The notes beneath the pieces are model-generated. The model worked only from the letters and a program-made list of their open reading frames with translations. It made no database searches and was not told the origin of the DNA. This document shows, in pieces, positions 1-11,466 of a DNA stretch of 64,000 nt (position 1 is the stretch's first letter; each line of letters begins with the position of its first letter). The stretch is from an uncultured Solirubrobacterales bacterium (GTDB lineage: Bacteria > Actinomycetota > Thermoleophilia > Solirubrobacterales > 70-9): the NCBI GenBank assembly GCA_963805455.1, contig CAWDUJ010000004.1:32627-96626 (forward strand). Direction: 5' to 3'. The translations under genes were made by a program, and so were the position numbers.

Positions 1-321
1 GAAGCGGTAGAGGTGCCGGACCTCCGAGTCGCTGAGCAGATCGCCGGTGCGGGGATCGTGGACGACCTGGTGGACGTCGACGACGACCTCGCCCCCCTCC
101 TGGGTCTCGAAGCCGACCGGTTCGACGATGCTCGAGACCTCCTCGAACTGGCGCTCCCAGTAGGCGCGGACCGCCTCGCGGCCGTGGACCCTGCCACCCT
201 CCCACGCGTTCGGCCAGTCAACCTCGGGGTGGATTCGAACCAGCACCGCATCGAGGTCGCGCCGGTTGAACGCGTGGTAGAGCGCGGCCAGGGTCTGCTC
301 AGGACCAGTCACCGACGGCAT
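1..321 (-). CDS. SnoaL-like / NTF2-fold protein, partial (C-terminus runs off the window)
   Basis: Not in the ORF track because there is no stop in the window. Manual minus-strand translation from ATG 319-321 gives MPSVTGPEQTLAALYHAFNRRDLDAVLVRIHPEVDWPNAWEGGRVHGREAVRAYWERQFEE..., a SnoaL_2-like pattern. Overlaps the stop of the upstream gene by 23 nt. Confidence 0.6.
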   Translation of the reverse strand, partial: MPSVTGPEQTLAALYHAFNRRDLDAVLVRIHPEVDWPNAWEGGRVHGREAVRAYWERQFEEVSSIVEPVGFETQEGGEVVVDVHQVVHDPRTGDLLSDSEVRHLYRF

Positions 322-766
322 CCTTGTAGCGCAGCGAGCCTGGGGTATCGAGTTCCTCGCCGGTCTCGAGCAGGGTCTTGAGGCCGGACAGAATCATCGG
401 CCAGCCACCGTAGAGTTCGCTGTTGGCTCCGTCGTTCAGCTGGTCGTGGGTCACCGTCAGCCGGCATGAGTCCCCGACCGGCTCAATCTCCCAGGTCACC
501 CGCGAGGTCCCTTCGCCCTTCACGTCATCGCTCCAGAGAGCGACCATTGACTGGACCAGACGGTTCGGCGGGTCGACCTCGAGGTTCTCGCCCTCGCTGA
601 TCGCGATCCCCGCGGCGGCGTGACCGGCCTCGTAGCGCGAGCCCGCCGCCCAATCGGAGTCGACCCCGACCCCGAAGCTGTACTTCTGCCTCATCTCGCT
701 GTCGGTGATCGCCTCCCAGAGACGCTCCGGCGTGGTCTTGATGTAGATCTCGAACACCTTTTCCAT
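299..766 (-). CDS. SRPBCC / AHSA1 (activator of Hsp90 ATPase-like) family protein
   Basis: 155-aa ORF. The N-terminus MEKVFEIYIKTTPERLWEAITD and the overall pattern are typical of the SRPBCC fold. Classic pairing with the ArsR gene just upstream. Confidence 0.8.
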   Translation of the reverse strand: MEKVFEIYIKTTPERLWEAITDSEMRQKYSFGVGVDSDWAAGSRYEAGHAAAGIAISEGENLEVDPPNRLVQSMVALWSDDVKGEGTSRVTWEIEPVGDSCRLTVTHDQLNDGANSELYGGWPMILSGLKTLLETGEELDTPGSLRYKDAVGDWS

Positions 767-769
767 CGT

Positions 770-1075
770 TCACTCCTCGATTTCGCGCTTGAGCCCGGTC
801 AGGGCCGCAGCCCAGGGCTCCGCGTATTTGCTCACCCAGCGGTCGTGGATGAGCCGGATCGGAATGGCGTTGAGGAAGTGGAGCTTCTCGCGACCGCGAC
901 GCTTGGTGGTCACCAGGCTCGCCTCCTCCAACACCTTGAGGTGCTTCATGACGCCAAAGCGCGTCATCGGCAGGCCCTTTTCCAGGGAGCTGAGCGACTG
1001 CCCGTCCTCCTCGTGGAGGGCGTCGAGCAGGCTGCGCCTGGTCGGGTCCGCCAACGCCTTGAACACCTCATCCAT
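770..1075 (-). CDS. ArsR/SmtB family transcriptional regulator
   Basis: Contains MDEVFKALADPTRRSLLDAL...MTRFGVMKHLKVLEEASLV, a wHTH motif. The ORF track starts at 1105. I prefer ATG 1075 because a palindrome occupies 1090-1105. Confidence 0.8.
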   Translation of the reverse strand: MDEVFKALADPTRRSLLDALHEEDGQSLSSLEKGLPMTRFGVMKHLKVLEEASLVTTKRRGREKLHFLNAIPIRLIHDRWVSKYAEPWAAALTGLKREIEE

Positions 1076-1089
1076 GGCCGAAACTATAC

Positions 1090-1105
1090 GTGACCATTTG
1101 GTCAC
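1090..1105. promoter_or_regulatory. Palindrome GTGACC-ATTT-GGTCAC, candidate ArsR operator
   Basis: Perfect 6-bp arms seen directly. Lies between the divergent ArsR and dtd genes. Confidence 0.35.
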
Positions 1106-1148
1106 CTGTCAAGCCGGCGCTCTCCGGCGATAGCGTGGGATCGATGAG

Positions 1149-1577
1149 GTGGGGTCCGAGTTGAGGGCGCTGGTCCAGCGCGTCAGCCAGGCGGCGGTCG
1201 ACGTCGAGGGCGACCGGGTCGCCCAGATCGGCCCCGGGATGGTGGTCCTGCTGGGCGTCCGGGTGGGCGACACCGGCGAGGCCGCCGATCGCCTCGCCGA
1301 GAAGGTGCGGGCGCTGCGGATCTTCGACGACTCCGAGGGCCGGTTGAACGAGCCGCTCGGCGAGCGCGAGGTCCTCTGCGTCAGCCAGTTCACCCTCTAC
1401 GGCGACGCCCGCCGCGGCAACCGACCCAGCTACACCGACGCCGCCCCGGCGGAGGTCGCCGAGCCGCTCTACGACCGATTCTGCGAGCGCCTCGGTGCGA
1501 AGAGGGGCGTCTTCGGCGCCTGCATGGGGGTGGCGCTGGTCAACGACGGCCCCGTCACCCTGATGCTCGAGACATGA
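1149..1577 (+). CDS. dtd: D-aminoacyl-tRNA deacylase
   Basis: Contains LRALVQRVSQAAVDVEG...VSQFTLYGD...GNRPSY...GVFGA.M.V.LVNDGPVT, the canonical Dtd pattern. The true start may be a few codons downstream. Confidence 0.85.
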   Translation: MGSELRALVQRVSQAAVDVEGDRVAQIGPGMVVLLGVRVGDTGEAADRLAEKVRALRIFDDSEGRLNEPLGEREVLCVSQFTLYGDARRGNRPSYTDAAPAEVAEPLYDRFCERLGAKRGVFGACMGVALVNDGPVTLMLET

Positions 1578-2327
1578 CCGGAACGCCCGCCTACGACCGG
1601 ATGGGGATCGACTACGCCGAGGTACGCCGCCCCGACCCGCGGATCGAGGCCGTGATCCACGCCGCCCTCGGCGACGCGAGGACCGTCCTCAACGTCGGCG
1701 CCGGCGCCGGCTCCTACGAGCCGGCCGACCGCGAGGTGCTCGCGGTCGAGCCCTCGCCGGTGATGATCGCCCAGCGCCCGCCGGGCGCGGCGCCGGCGAT
1801 CGAAGCGGTCGTCGAGCAGCTGCCGCTCGCCGACGACAGCGTCGACGCCGTGATGGGCGTCTTCACGATGCAGCACTGGTCCGACGTCGACCGCGGCCTC
1901 GCCGAGGTCGTCAGGGTCGGGCGAGACCGGGCGGTGTTCGTCACTCTCGACATGGACGCGGCCGAGTCGATGTGGCTCGGTCCCGAGTACCTGCCGGAGC
2001 TGATCGAGGCCGACCGGCGCGACTTCCCCTCGATCGAGCAGCTGGCCGCGGCCCTGCCCGGCCTCGAGGTCGAGCCGATCCCGGTGCCGAACGACTGCGC
2101 CGACGGGTTCTGCCTCGCGCTCTGGGGCCGGCCCGAGGCCCACCTCGACCCCCGGGTCCGGCAGGCATCCTCGACCTGGCATCGCCTGCCGGCCACCGCG
2201 GTCGAGCGCGCGCTGCGCGACTCTCGAGGCCGACCTCGAGAGCGGCGAGTGGGACAGGCGCCACGGCGACCTCCGCCGGCTGGACGAGCTCGACGTCGGC
2301 CTGCGGCTGGTCCAAGCCGAGCTCTGA
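1574..2327 (+). pseudogene. Class I SAM-dependent methyltransferase, frame break near 2221
   Basis: Has the VLNVGAGAGSYE SAM motif. After ...ERALRD the frame turns Arg/Pro-rich. The +1 frame from 2223 reads LEADLESGEWDRRHGDLRRLDELDVGLRLVQAEL* and looks like the natural C-terminus (stop 2325-2327). Confidence 0.7.
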
Positions 2328-2385
2328 AACGGGTCGAGCCGGGCCCGAGGGCCCGGCTCGATTCACCTCCCGGGTGCTATGCGCG

Positions 2386-2619
2386 TCAGGTGCCGCGCGG
2401 GTGCGGCGTGTGCCCACCGATGTGCAGGGTCTCGAGCACCTTCGGGACATAGAGAAGGCCGGCGACGCCGACGACGACGTAGACGATGTCGGTGAGCGTC
2501 CCGCCCCCGAACACATCTGAGATCACGTTCGTGTCGAACAGGCCGACCATCCCCCAGTTGAGAGCGCCGAGCACCATGACAACAAGGGCGACGGGCTCCA
2601 ATCGTCTGATCATCTCCAT
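2386..2619 (-). CDS. DUF378 family small membrane protein
   Basis: 77 aa. VLGALNWGMVGLF...DIVYVVVGVAGL is a typical DUF378 signature. Confidence 0.75.
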   Translation of the reverse strand: MEMIRRLEPVALVVMVLGALNWGMVGLFDTNVISDVFGGGTLTDIVYVVVGVAGLLYVPKVLETLHIGGHTPHPRGT

Positions 2620-2719
2620 CTCGTTCTTCCTCTCTGGGAGATAATGCGGATAGTTACGAACTTACTAACCGCCGATCGCACCCCGGTTACGCCCGATTCC
2701 TCGATACTGCGGCCGCACC

Positions 2720-3232
2720 ATGGGCGGCGCGGAGATCCGAGAGGCGAGGGCCGAGGAGGCCGGTTCCGTCGCCGCCCTTTGGACCGAGGCCTACGTCACC
2801 CTCGGCGTCGGCGGCAGGGCCGACCCCTACACCGAGGCCGACTTCATCGTCACCGCCGCCCGGGGCACGATCCACGTCGCCGCCGATGAGGACGGCGGCG
2901 TGGTCGGGGTCGTCGCCCTCTACGGGCCAGAGGCCCCGGGCCGAGTCGTCGCGACGGTGGGCGAGGCCGAGCTCTCCCGCCTGGCGGTCGCCTCCGCCGA
3001 GCGCGGCCGCGGGATCGGCCGCGCTCTCGTCTCCGTCTGCGAGCGTCGCGCCCGAGCCGCCGGCTGGCAGGCGATCGCGCTCTGGAGCCGGCCGGGACAG
3101 GTCGAGGCCCACCGTCTCTACGAATCCGTCGGCTACCGCCGCCTCGCCGAGCGCGACTCCGTCGACGCGAGCGGGCTGGCGCGGCTCGCCTTCCGCCTCG
3201 ACCTCGACCGAGACGGGGAAACGGGAGGATGA
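2720..3232 (+). CDS. GNAT family N-acetyltransferase
   Basis: Contains LAVASAERGRGIGRALV, the acetyl-CoA binding motif (R/Q-x-x-G-x-G/A). Confidence 0.8.
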   Translation: MGGAEIREARAEEAGSVAALWTEAYVTLGVGGRADPYTEADFIVTAARGTIHVAADEDGGVVGVVALYGPEAPGRVVATVGEAELSRLAVASAERGRGIGRALVSVCERRARAAGWQAIALWSRPGQVEAHRLYESVGYRRLAERDSVDASGLARLAFRLDLDRDGETGG

Positions 3233-3236
3233 CGCG

Positions 3237-3842
3237 GTGATCCCCGACGAGCAGCCGTTGACCGCCCGCCTCGAGGGCTCGCTCTTGGTCCTCGAGCCGT
3301 TCGCGGCCGAGCATGCCGAGGGACTGTGGGAGGCGGCGCAGCCCGAGGAGATCTGGGCCTGGCTGACGAACATCGGCCTCGACAGGGACCGCTTCGGCCT
3401 CTGGATGGGAATGACCCTCGACGCCGCCACCGCCGGCGCCGAGGGGCCGTTTGCGATCCGCCGTCGCGCCGACGACGTCCTGATCGGCAGCAGCCGCTAC
3501 CTCAACGTGCGGCGGTCGGACCGGGTCGTCGAGATCGGGTGGAGCTGGCTGACGCCGAGCGCCTGGCGGACGGGAGCGAACATCGAGACCAAACTGCTGA
3601 TGATGGGCCACGCGTTCGAGACGCTCGGGTGCGTGAGGGTCGAGTTCAAGACCGACTCCCGCAACGAGCGCTCGCGCGCGGCGCTGGCCGCGCTGCCGGC
3701 CCAATTCGAGGGGGTGATGCGGCGGCACATGATCGTCCCCGACGTCGGCCAGCGCGACTCGGCCTACTACAGCGTCATCGACGAAGAGTGGCCGGGAGTG
3801 CGCGAGAACCTCGAACGGCGCCTCGCCCGCCGAGTAGGCTAA
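3237..3842 (+). CDS. GNAT family N-acetyltransferase (RimJ/RimL-like)
   Basis: GTG 3237 lies just after the previous stop. Contains LVLEPFAAEHAEGLWEA...VEIGWSWL...NERSRAALAALPAQFEGVMRRHM. The long upstream part of the track ORF is a shadow over the previous gene. Confidence 0.75.
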   Translation: MIPDEQPLTARLEGSLLVLEPFAAEHAEGLWEAAQPEEIWAWLTNIGLDRDRFGLWMGMTLDAATAGAEGPFAIRRRADDVLIGSSRYLNVRRSDRVVEIGWSWLTPSAWRTGANIETKLLMMGHAFETLGCVRVEFKTDSRNERSRAALAALPAQFEGVMRRHMIVPDVGQRDSAYYSVIDEEWPGVRENLERRLARRVG

Positions 3843-3847
3843 GCGCG

Positions 3848-5434
3848 ATGCACGACTACGTAATCATCGGCGCCGGCTCGGCCGGCTGTGTGCTCGCGGC
3901 GCGGCTGACCGAGGACCCCGACACCAGCGTCCTGCTGCTCGAGGCGGGGCCCCCCGACGTCAACGACAACATCCACGTACCGCTCGGCTACCTGCAGCTG
4001 GCGGGGACCGAGGTCGACTGGAACTACTGGGGCGCACCCGAACCCCAATGCAACGACCGCCGGATCCCGCTGCCGCGGGGCAGGGTGCTCGGAGGCTCCT
4101 CATCGATCAACGCGATGGTCTACATCCGCGGCAACCGGCGCGACTACGACGAGTGGAACGCGGCCGGCTGGTCCTGGGACGACCTCTTCCCCTACTTCCT
4201 GCGTTCCGAGGACAACGAGCGCGGCGAGTCCGAGTGGCACGCCGTCGGCGGCCCGCTCGCGGTCGGCGACCAGCGGTCGGGGATCGCGATCACCCCGGCG
4301 TTCGTCGAGGCGGGCGTCGAAGCCGGACTCGCCCGCAACGAGGACTTCAACGGCGCCGAGCAGGACGGGGTCGGGATGTACCAGGTGACCCAGCGCGGCG
4401 GGATGCGCGCCAGCGCCTCGGTCTCCTACCTGCACCCGGCGATGGAGCGGCCGAACCTCACCGTGGCGCCCTACACGCAGGTCCACCAAATCCTGTTCGA
4501 GGGCAACCGGGCGACCGGGGTCGCGGCCTCGCAGCTCGGGCAGATCCAGGAGCATCTGGCCGAGCGCGAGGTGATCCTCTGCGGCGGGGCCTACAACTCA
4601 CCCCAGCTGCTGATGCTCTCCGGGGTCGGCCCGGCCGAGCACCTGACGATGCGGGAAGTCGAGGTGGTCCTCGACCAGCCCGCCGTCGGTGAGAACCTCA
4701 GCGACCATCCCGCCACCTACGGGGTCTGGACGACGCCGGAGCCGGAGAGCCTCCTGCTCGCGCTCGAGCCCGCTGCCGTCGAGGAGTTCGAGGCCTCCCA
4801 GACCGGTCCCCTCACCTCCAACCTCGCCGAAGCCGGCGGCTTCGCCCGGGTCGGCGGCGGCGCCCCCGCCCCGGACATCCAGTTCCACGTCGCGGCGCTT
4901 CAGATCGTCGAAGAGGGGCTCGGCGACCCCGATGCCCACGGGCTCTGGGTCTCCCCCTGCCTCCTCACCCCCGAGACCCGCGGCTCGGTCCGCCTCGCGT
5001 CGAAAGACCCGACGGCGCGGCCGGTGATCCGAAACCGGTTCTACGAGGAGCCCGCCGACATGGCGCGAATGCTCGACGGTCTGCGGCTGATGGAGGAGAT
5101 CTGCGGCCAGCCGGCGATCAGACCCTATGCGGCCGAGCGCTACTACGCGCCGGAGGGCGACTCCGACGAGGATCTGCGCGCGCACGCGGCGCGGTCGACC
5201 TTCGCGATCTACCACCCGGTCGGGACCTGCGCGATCGGCTCGGTCGTCGACAACGACCTGCGCGTCAACGGCCTCGAGGGGATCCGCGTCGTCGACGCGT
5301 CGGTGATGCCGACGGTGCCGCGCGGGAACACCAACGCCCCGACGATCGCGATCGCCGAGCGGGCGGCGGACCTGCTCAGGGGCGAGACCCCGCTGCGGGC
5401 CGGGGCCGAGGCGGAGCAGCCAGCCGGCGCCTAG
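3848..5434 (+). CDS. GMC family oxidoreductase (choline dehydrogenase-like)
   Basis: Starts MHDYVIIGAGSAGCVLAARLTED (FAD GxGxxG) and has ...GGSSSINAMVY. The C-terminal HPVGTCAIG matches the GMC signatures. Confidence 0.9.
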   Translation: MHDYVIIGAGSAGCVLAARLTEDPDTSVLLLEAGPPDVNDNIHVPLGYLQLAGTEVDWNYWGAPEPQCNDRRIPLPRGRVLGGSSSINAMVYIRGNRRDYDEWNAAGWSWDDLFPYFLRSEDNERGESEWHAVGGPLAVGDQRSGIAITPAFVEAGVEAGLARNEDFNGAEQDGVGMYQVTQRGGMRASASVSYLHPAMERPNLTVAPYTQVHQILFEGNRATGVAASQLGQIQEHLAEREVILCGGAYNSPQLLMLSGVGPAEHLTMREVEVVLDQPAVGENLSDHPATYGVWTTPEPESLLLALEPAAVEEFEASQTGPLTSNLAEAGGFARVGGGAPAPDIQFHVAALQIVEEGLGDPDAHGLWVSPCLLTPETRGSVRLASKDPTARPVIRNRFYEEPADMARMLDGLRLMEEICGQPAIRPYAAERYYAPEGDSDEDLRAHAARSTFAIYHPVGTCAIGSVVDNDLRVNGLEGIRVVDASVMPTVPRGNTNAPTIAIAERAADLLRGETPLRAGAEAEQPAGA

Positions 5435-5446
5435 GGTCCGGTCCCG

Positions 5447-6094
5447 ATGGCGCGGGATTTCTACGCATCTCCGTTCGGGGTCGCCTACGCCGCCTACATG
5501 GAGCGGCCTAAGGTCGTCCGCTTGGTGGCGCGAACGGTCTGGGCGGGAGACACCCGGCCCTACTTCGAGAGCATGCGCGCGGTCACCGAGGTGCCCGAGG
5601 GCGGCACGATCGTCGACTGCCCGTGCGGCGCGGGCCCGGCGCTGCGGGCGCTCGACCGCGATCGCGCCGTCCGTTACATCGGCGCCGACCTCTCGCCGGC
5701 GATGCTCCGCCGGATCCGCAAGCGGGCCGCGACGCGGGGCCTGGACGGGCTCGAGCTCCACGAAGCCGACGCGACGGACCTGCCGCTCGAGGACGGGATC
5801 GCCGACCTCTTCCTCTCCTACTGGGGCCTGCACTGCTTCGAGGAACCCGCCGCGGCGATGCTCGAGGCGGCAAGGGTGATGAAGCCGGGTGGCCGGATCG
5901 TGGGCGCCTCCTTCGTCCACAGCGCCGAGACGCTGAGGCAGCGGCTGCTGATCCGCCCCGGCCTCGGCGACTTCGGCCCGATGGGGACCGAGGATGAGAT
6001 CCGCGGCTGGCTCGAGGACGCGGGCCTGCGGCCGACGTCCTGGCTCCGCGGCGGCTCGATGCTCTACTTCGAGGCGACACCGGCCACGGCCTGA
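5447..6094 (+). CDS. Class I SAM-dependent methyltransferase
   Basis: IVDCPCGAGP motif I and VMKPGGRIV post-II motif. Confidence 0.75.
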   Translation: MARDFYASPFGVAYAAYMERPKVVRLVARTVWAGDTRPYFESMRAVTEVPEGGTIVDCPCGAGPALRALDRDRAVRYIGADLSPAMLRRIRKRAATRGLDGLELHEADATDLPLEDGIADLFLSYWGLHCFEEPAAAMLEAARVMKPGGRIVGASFVHSAETLRQRLLIRPGLGDFGPMGTEDEIRGWLEDAGLRPTSWLRGGSMLYFEATPATA

Positions 6095-6108
6095 GGGCAG
6101 GGCCGGGC

Positions 6109-6732
6109 TCAGTCCCTGGTGCCGAGAGCCTCGTCGATGAACGGCCCGAGCAGCTCCCTCGCGGCCGCCGCGGTCGTCTCGCTGGGGGCGGTCGGGACGG
6201 TGATGTAGCTGATCGCCAACCGGACCAGCGATTCGGCGAGCAGCTGGGTCTTCTCCACCGGGGCCTGGGGCCAGCCCTCCTGGATCACGGTCGAGAGCCG
6301 GGCGGTCGCCCAGAGGACGATCGGCATCCCCTGGGTGGTGACGAACGGCAGCATGCCGCCGGTCCCGTCGTCGCTCAGCATCATCCGGACCAGCGGGTCC
6401 TCGCCGGCGGTCCGCAGGAAGGTGTCGAGGGCGGCGCCGACCGCGGCGTGGGGGTCGTCGAGATGCTCGCGCACCGCGGCCTCGACGATGTCGAGGAAGC
6501 GTTCGCCCTCGTGGATCACGAACGCCTGGGCGAACTCGTCGCGGCTGCCGAACTCCTTGTAGAGGGTCTGGCGGCTGACGCCGGCGGCGGTGGCGACTTC
6601 GGCCATCGTGATCTCCGACCAGGCGCGGTGCTGGAGCTCGTCGCGGGTGACCCCGAACAGGGTCTCGCGAAGGAGCTGCCGCGCCGCGACGGCATAGGGC
6701 GCTCGCTCGGGTGCCGTCGACATCGCCGCCAT
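6109..6732 (-). CDS. TetR family regulator of the alkB unit (AlkU-like position)
   Basis: HTH TMAEVATAAGVSRQTLYKEFGSRDE. Sits directly downstream of alkB-rubredoxin, as in actinobacterial alk clusters. Confidence 0.85.
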   Translation of the reverse strand: MAAMSTAPERAPYAVAARQLLRETLFGVTRDELQHRAWSEITMAEVATAAGVSRQTLYKEFGSRDEFAQAFVIHEGERFLDIVEAAVREHLDDPHAAVGAALDTFLRTAGEDPLVRMMLSDDGTGGMLPFVTTQGMPIVLWATARLSTVIQEGWPQAPVEKTQLLAESLVRLAISYITVPTAPSETTAAAARELLGPFIDEALGTRD

Positions 6733-6736
6733 CGTC

Positions 6737-6907
6737 TCAGCCGGCGTCGACGGGCTCGAAGTCGACTTTGTCGCGGACCCCGCAGTCGGGGCAGGCCCAA
6801 TCGTCGGGAACCTCGGACCAGGCCGTCCCGGGCGGGAAGCCCTCGCGGGAATGGCCCGCCTCCTCGTCGTAGACGTAGCCGCAGCTGGGGCAGCGATAGG
6901 CGCTCAT
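6737..6907 (-). CDS. rubA: Rubredoxin
   Basis: Below the ORF-track size cutoff. Manual translation gives MSAYRCPSCGYVYDEEAGHSREGFPPGTAWSEVPDDWACPDCGVRDKVDFEPVDAG*, with two CxxC pairs. Its ATG overlaps the alkB stop (ATGA). Confidence 0.9.
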   Translation of the reverse strand: MSAYRCPSCGYVYDEEAGHSREGFPPGTAWSEVPDDWACPDCGVRDKVDFEPVDAG

Positions 6908-8127
6908 GCCTGCGCGGACCCGTAGCGAGCGAGGATGCGGCGGCGCTTGCGCGGCTGGATGTTGGCGCGGGTGACGTCGCCCTCGTAGTGATCGACCAGG
7001 ATCGGGTCCATCACCCGCCGCCAGACAGGCGGGACCCAGGCGAGGACGATCATCCCCGCGTATCCGGTCGGCAGCTGCGGGGCCTCATCGACGTGACGGA
7101 GCGCCTGGTAGCGCCGGGTCGGGTTGGCGTGGTGGTCGCTGTGGCGCTGCAGGTGGTAGAGGAGGACGTTGGAGGCGACGTTGTTGCTGTTCCAGCTGTG
7201 CTCCGCACGGCAGCGCTCGAAGCGGCCGTCCTCCTTGCGCTCCCGCAGGAGGCCGTAGTGCTCGAGGTAGTTGACGACCTCGAGCAGCGAGAACCCGAGA
7301 ACGGCCTGGAGCAGGAGGTAGGGAAGGACGACGGGGCCGAAGACGATCGCCAGCGCGGCGAAGAGGCCGACGGTCATCGCCCAGGCTCCGAGGATGTCGT
7401 TGCGGAGGGTCCAGTGCGACTTGCCCATCCGGTCGAGGCGGGAGCACTCGATGCCCCAGGCCGAGCGCAGGCTGCCGACGACGGTCCGCGGCAGGAATGC
7501 CCAGAAGCTCTCCCCCAGCCTCGAGCTCGCCGGGTCCTCGGGGGTGGCGACCCGGACGTGATGGCCGCGATTGTGCTCGATGAAGAAGTGGCCGTAGCCG
7601 GTCTGGGCGAGAGCGATGCGGCTGAGCCAGCGCTCGAGGCTGGCGCGCTTGTGGCCGAGCTCGTGGGCGGTGTTGATCGCGATCCCGCCGACGACGCCCA
7701 TCGTCAGCGCCAGGCCGAGGCCCTCGGCGACGGAGAGGTCGCCGCTGGACCAGAGGTAGCAGGCGAGGATCAGGCCGGCGTACTGGATCGGGATGAAGAC
7801 GTATGTGCACCAGCGGTAGTAGCGGTCCTGTTCGAGCCACTTGATGATGCTGTCGGGAGGGTTGGAGGGGTCCATCCCGATCACGATGTCGAGGATCGGG
7901 AAGACGGCGAAGACGAGGAGGGGCCCGGTGAACCAGAAGCCGCTCCACCCTGTCGCCTCGACCGACGCCCAGGCGATGAACGGGGCGAGGGGGATGATCA
8001 GGCCGAGGAGCCAGGCGTAGCGCTTCGCGTCACGCCAGGTCGCCGGGTTGAGCTCGACGTCCTCACCGTGGTGATGTTGGTGATCGTGCGCGTGCTCCTC
8101 GAGGTGTTCGGGCGTGGTCGCCTCCAT
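6904..8127 (-). CDS. alkB: Alkane 1-monooxygenase (integral membrane di-iron hydroxylase)
   Basis: His boxes HELGHK, EHNRGHH and LQRHSDHH, plus NYLEHYGL. Confidence 0.95.
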   Translation of the reverse strand: MEATTPEHLEEHAHDHQHHHGEDVELNPATWRDAKRYAWLLGLIIPLAPFIAWASVEATGWSGFWFTGPLLVFAVFPILDIVIGMDPSNPPDSIIKWLEQDRYYRWCTYVFIPIQYAGLILACYLWSSGDLSVAEGLGLALTMGVVGGIAINTAHELGHKRASLERWLSRIALAQTGYGHFFIEHNRGHHVRVATPEDPASSRLGESFWAFLPRTVVGSLRSAWGIECSRLDRMGKSHWTLRNDILGAWAMTVGLFAALAIVFGPVVLPYLLLQAVLGFSLLEVVNYLEHYGLLRERKEDGRFERCRAEHSWNSNNVASNVLLYHLQRHSDHHANPTRRYQALRHVDEAPQLPTGYAGMIVLAWVPPVWRRVMDPILVDHYEGDVTRANIQPRKRRRILARYGSAQA

Positions 8128-8163
8128 CGAGCCTCCTTGTCAAATCGGTTGCCGACGTCCCTG

Positions 8164-8194
8164 CGGTTTACACCGTAGCGTAATTTGTAAACCG
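8164..8194. promoter_or_regulatory. Inverted repeat CGGTTTACA-N13-TGTAAACCG upstream of alkB, candidate TetR operator
   Basis: Perfect 9-bp arms at 8164-8172 and 8186-8194, 37-67 nt upstream of the alkB ATG, in an AT-richer patch. Confidence 0.45.
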
Positions 8195-8394
8195 ACGCGA
8201 CATCGGATGGCCAAGTGTAGCCGGGGGAATACCCAATAACGGTGGCGTTAGTCACGAAACATCCCGCTGCTTCCTCCGCTTCGCGTCCGGGGGCAGCGGC
8301 TATTCGCCATATCGGCGCCGCTCGCAGAGCATCAGATCGTGATGCTCGCTAATCGGCTCTTCAGAGGGGGCTAGAGGCAGCGGAAGGCGGCGGT

Positions 8395-8619
8395 TTAAAT
8401 CTTCAGGAGGACGATGTCGTTGAGCACGAAGAGGATCGCGAAGAAGATCGTCGCGCGATCGAGGTTGCGCTCGACCATCGAGCCGCCCCCGAAGGAGCTG
8501 CCACCGCCGCCGATGCCGAAGGCACCGGAGAGGCCGGCGTCTTTGCCGGAGTGCAGAAGGATGAGGAAGATGAGGATGCCGGCGATGATCGCCTGCAGGA
8601 CGCCGAGAATTACGAACAT
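8395..8619 (-). CDS. secG: Preprotein translocase subunit SecG
   Basis: 74 aa. Two TM segments flank a Gly-rich loop, LHSGKDAGLSGAFGIGGGGSSFGG. Confidence 0.85.
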   Translation of the reverse strand: MFVILGVLQAIIAGILIFLILLHSGKDAGLSGAFGIGGGGSSFGGGSMVERNLDRATIFFAILFVLNDIVLLKI

Positions 8620-8630
8620 TGCGCGAAAGT

Positions 8631-11011
<2,381 letters not shown>

Positions 11012-11022
<11 letters not shown>

Positions 11023-11428
11023 TCGAGTTGTCTTCGGCGGCGGTGAACTTCGACGGGCACTTGGTGGTCAGCGTGTCCGGCTCGCCGGCGAAGACGCCGT
11101 CCTTCTCGACCTGGCCGGTGAGGACGATCTCGCGGCCCCCGCGGAACGGGTCGGGGACAGTGCCGGTGTAGGTGACGGGGATCGTCACCTTCGGGTCGTC
11201 GCGGTCGGCGACGCGGAAGCGGAGCCCCGAGCCCTGATGGGTGACCGAGCCGGGAACGACCTTGCCGGTCAGGTCGTAGCTGTTGCCGGGCGCGGCATTG
11301 AGAAGCTGGGAGGGCTCCTTCGCCTCGGTCGAGGCGCTGAACGAGGTGTAGACCAGGGCGGCGGAGAGCAGCACCGCGGTGCCGAGGGCGACGACCAGAC
11401 GGATCTTTCGCTTGCGGCTGGGATCCAC
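11012..11428 (-). CDS. ccmE: Cytochrome c maturation heme chaperone CcmE, Cys-type variant (CPSKF)
   Basis: N-terminal TM anchor, OB-fold pattern, C-terminal ...LTTKCPSKF in place of the canonical HxxxY. Confidence 0.8.
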
Positions 11429-11466
11429 GTCGGGAATTATCGCAAGGCCGGCCCCAAGCCAGTACG

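Noticed and set aside
13-381. 122-aa plus-strand ORF at the window start.
   Set aside because: It is antisense to two minus-strand genes with recognisable SnoaL-like and SRPBCC sequences, and it has no recognisable motifs.
6448-8178. 576-aa plus-strand ORF, and similar very long ORFs (for example 43893-46595, 900 aa; 14539-16263, 574 aa; 19802-21364, 520 aa; 4598-5920, 440 aa; 13310-14704, 464 aa).
   Set aside because: All are antisense or out-of-frame shadows of confidently recognised genes (alkB, ppk1, the secreted protein, argS, the GMC oxidoreductase). Their translations are Arg/Pro/Gly/Asp-rich low-complexity strings, typical of open non-coding frames in very GC-rich DNA.
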